Source: Paramoeba atlantica (Eukaryota > Protista > Discosea). Taken from it: a DNA stretch of 64,000 bases. Below are positions 62,862 through 64,000 of the stretch, in pieces. Below the pieces are notes generated by a model. That model had not been told where the DNA came from. It saw nothing but the letters and a program-made list of their open reading frames with translations, and did not search any database. Made by a program: the position numbers and the translations under genes. The first letter of the stretch is position 1, and every line of letters begins with the position of its first letter. Location: assembly GCA_977017575.1 (NCBI GenBank), contig CDRNVI010000016.1:186001-250000 (forward strand). Direction: 5' to 3'.

Positions 62862-64000
62862 ATGAAACAAGGAAAGATGAGATTTCCTCTTGAGGCAGTT
62901 CATTGCAGACCCAAAGTGAGAAGTGCGCTATATTCGAATGACCTTGAAATGCAAGTTCTGGACTGTACACAATACATTAGGCCGCCAAGTCCTGGGATTT
63001 CCGTAGTTTCCCATATCGAAGTTCCAGTTATCCGCCTATACGGGTGTACCATGAGTGGCCACTCGGTTCTTTTGCATGTATATAATTTTGAGCCATATCT
63101 TTGGATCGAAGCCCCTCCCCAATGGAACGCTTCACAGCATATGGAGTATTTTCGGCAATCGCTCAATACCATGTTGGCGCCTCAGACGCGTTCTCCCGGA
63201 ACCATCGTTCGAATTGAAGAACATGAGAGGGATTCCCTGCTCTACCACTCCGTGTCTGAAAACTCGAAAAAGAGTTTTCTAAAGCTTGTGTGTCAGCTTC
63301 CCGGACAAATACCAAGGGTGCGCACTGCAGTCGAAGGTGCATTGACCCTGCCACGATTGTGGAACGGCCAAAGGAATTTTCTCACATATGAGTCGAATGT
63401 ACTGTTTCCTCTTCGTTTTCTTGTTGATTTGGACATTGGCGGCAGTAGTTGGGTACGAATACCGAAAGGAAAATTCCGCGAGACGCAGCCTCGCGTATCA
63501 AACTGCCAAGTTGAACTGGATGTCTCACAATCAGTTATTGAGTCCTTCGAGGCTACGGGCGAGTGGATGAAAATAGCCCCCTTTCGTATATTATCTCTTG
63601 ATATCGAATGTCAGGGACGAAAAGGGTATTTTCCGGAAGCAAGTCGAGATCCAGTCATTCAGATTGCAGTACATGGTACAACAGCCCATGGAACAGGGCA
63701 TCGATCCTCAGAAGAGACTGCTGAAGAGAATGAATCCTTTGATGACGAACAAGTTGCGTGTAACAAAGTGTTCACCTTGGGATCTTGCGCCAGTATCGCC
63801 AGTTGTCATGTTCACAGCTATGAGAATGAAAAAGACATGCTGATTGCCTTTTCAGACTTTTTGTCTACGTATGACCCAGATTTCCTCACGGGGTATAACA
63901 TTTCGAACTTTGATTTTCCGTACCTTATGGAGCGAGCAACAACACTGCAAATTGCTAGCCGTTTTAGTACATGGGGTAGAATTCTTGACGAACGGACAAG
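62862..64000 (+). CDS. POLD1: DNA polymerase delta catalytic subunit, 5' part (runs off the window; absent from the ORF track)
   Basis: Hand translation: VPVIRLYGCTMSGHSVLLHVYNFEPY, TYESNVLFPLRFLVD, APFRILSLDIEC (ExoI), FPEASRDPVIQI, DPDFLTGYNISNFDFPYL (ExoII). Alternative ATG at 62775. Confidence 0.93.
   Translation, partial: MKQGKMRFPLEAVHCRPKVRSALYSNDLEMQVLDCTQYIRPPSPGISVVSHIEVPVIRLYGCTMSGHSVLLHVYNFEPYLWIEAPPQWNASQHMEYFRQSLNTMLAPQTRSPGTIVRIEEHERDSLLYHSVSENSKKSFLKLVCQLPGQIPRVRTAVEGALTLPRLWNGQRNFLTYESNVLFPLRFLVDLDIGGSSWVRIPKGKFRETQPRVSNCQVELDVSQSVIESFEATGEWMKIAPFRILSLDIECQGRKGYFPEASRDPVIQIAVHGTTAHGTGHRSSEETAEENESFDDEQVACNKVFTLGSCASIASCHVHSYENEKDMLIAFSDFLSTYDPDFLTGYNISNFDFPYLMERATTLQIASRFSTWGRILDERT

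Noticed and set aside
1-64000. rRNA or tRNA genes
   Set aside because: No conserved rRNA motif or convincing cloverleaf seen by eye; tRNAscan-SE and Infernal would be needed to exclude them.

Overview
Eukaryotic, intron-less, gene-dense window in which about 28 host protein genes all lie on the + strand, as in a kinetoplastid polycistronic unit. The beta-tubulin, long uS15m, uncleavable Nup158-type nucleoporin, inactive rhomboid and Merlin element point to a kinetoplastid, most plausibly a divergent Perkinsela-like one (inference). Recognisable genes: DDX52/ROK1, 2H phosphoesterase, DEAH helicase, NOP15/NIFK, TTC1, FHA-SNF2, INO1, rhomboid-like, CCDC124, IBA57, an inositol polyphosphate kinase interrupted by one TGA, two beta-tubulins flanking uS15m, AC19, a multi-zinc-knuckle protein, a small Tim, a GLEBS/FG protein, Nup98-96/Nup158, an ACL4-like TPR protein and the 5' part of DNA polymerase delta. 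Between 26 and 50.5 kb is a cut-and-paste transposon hot spot: two pogo-type DD33D elements with related TIRs (one intact, one broken), a Merlin element apparently nested in a degenerate TIR element, and two non-autonomous TA-flanked TIR elements. Several of these carry subterminal repeats in the same orientation at both ends. Most unusual signals: four roughly 1 kb GC-rich islands inside genes that switch from C-rich to G-rich at synonymous sites, a nucleoporin whose FG domain is almost entirely WG (19 WG vs 2 FG), three single in-frame TGA interruptions, and a five-module helical-repeat/zinc-knuckle protein. All calls are by eye; no searches were run.
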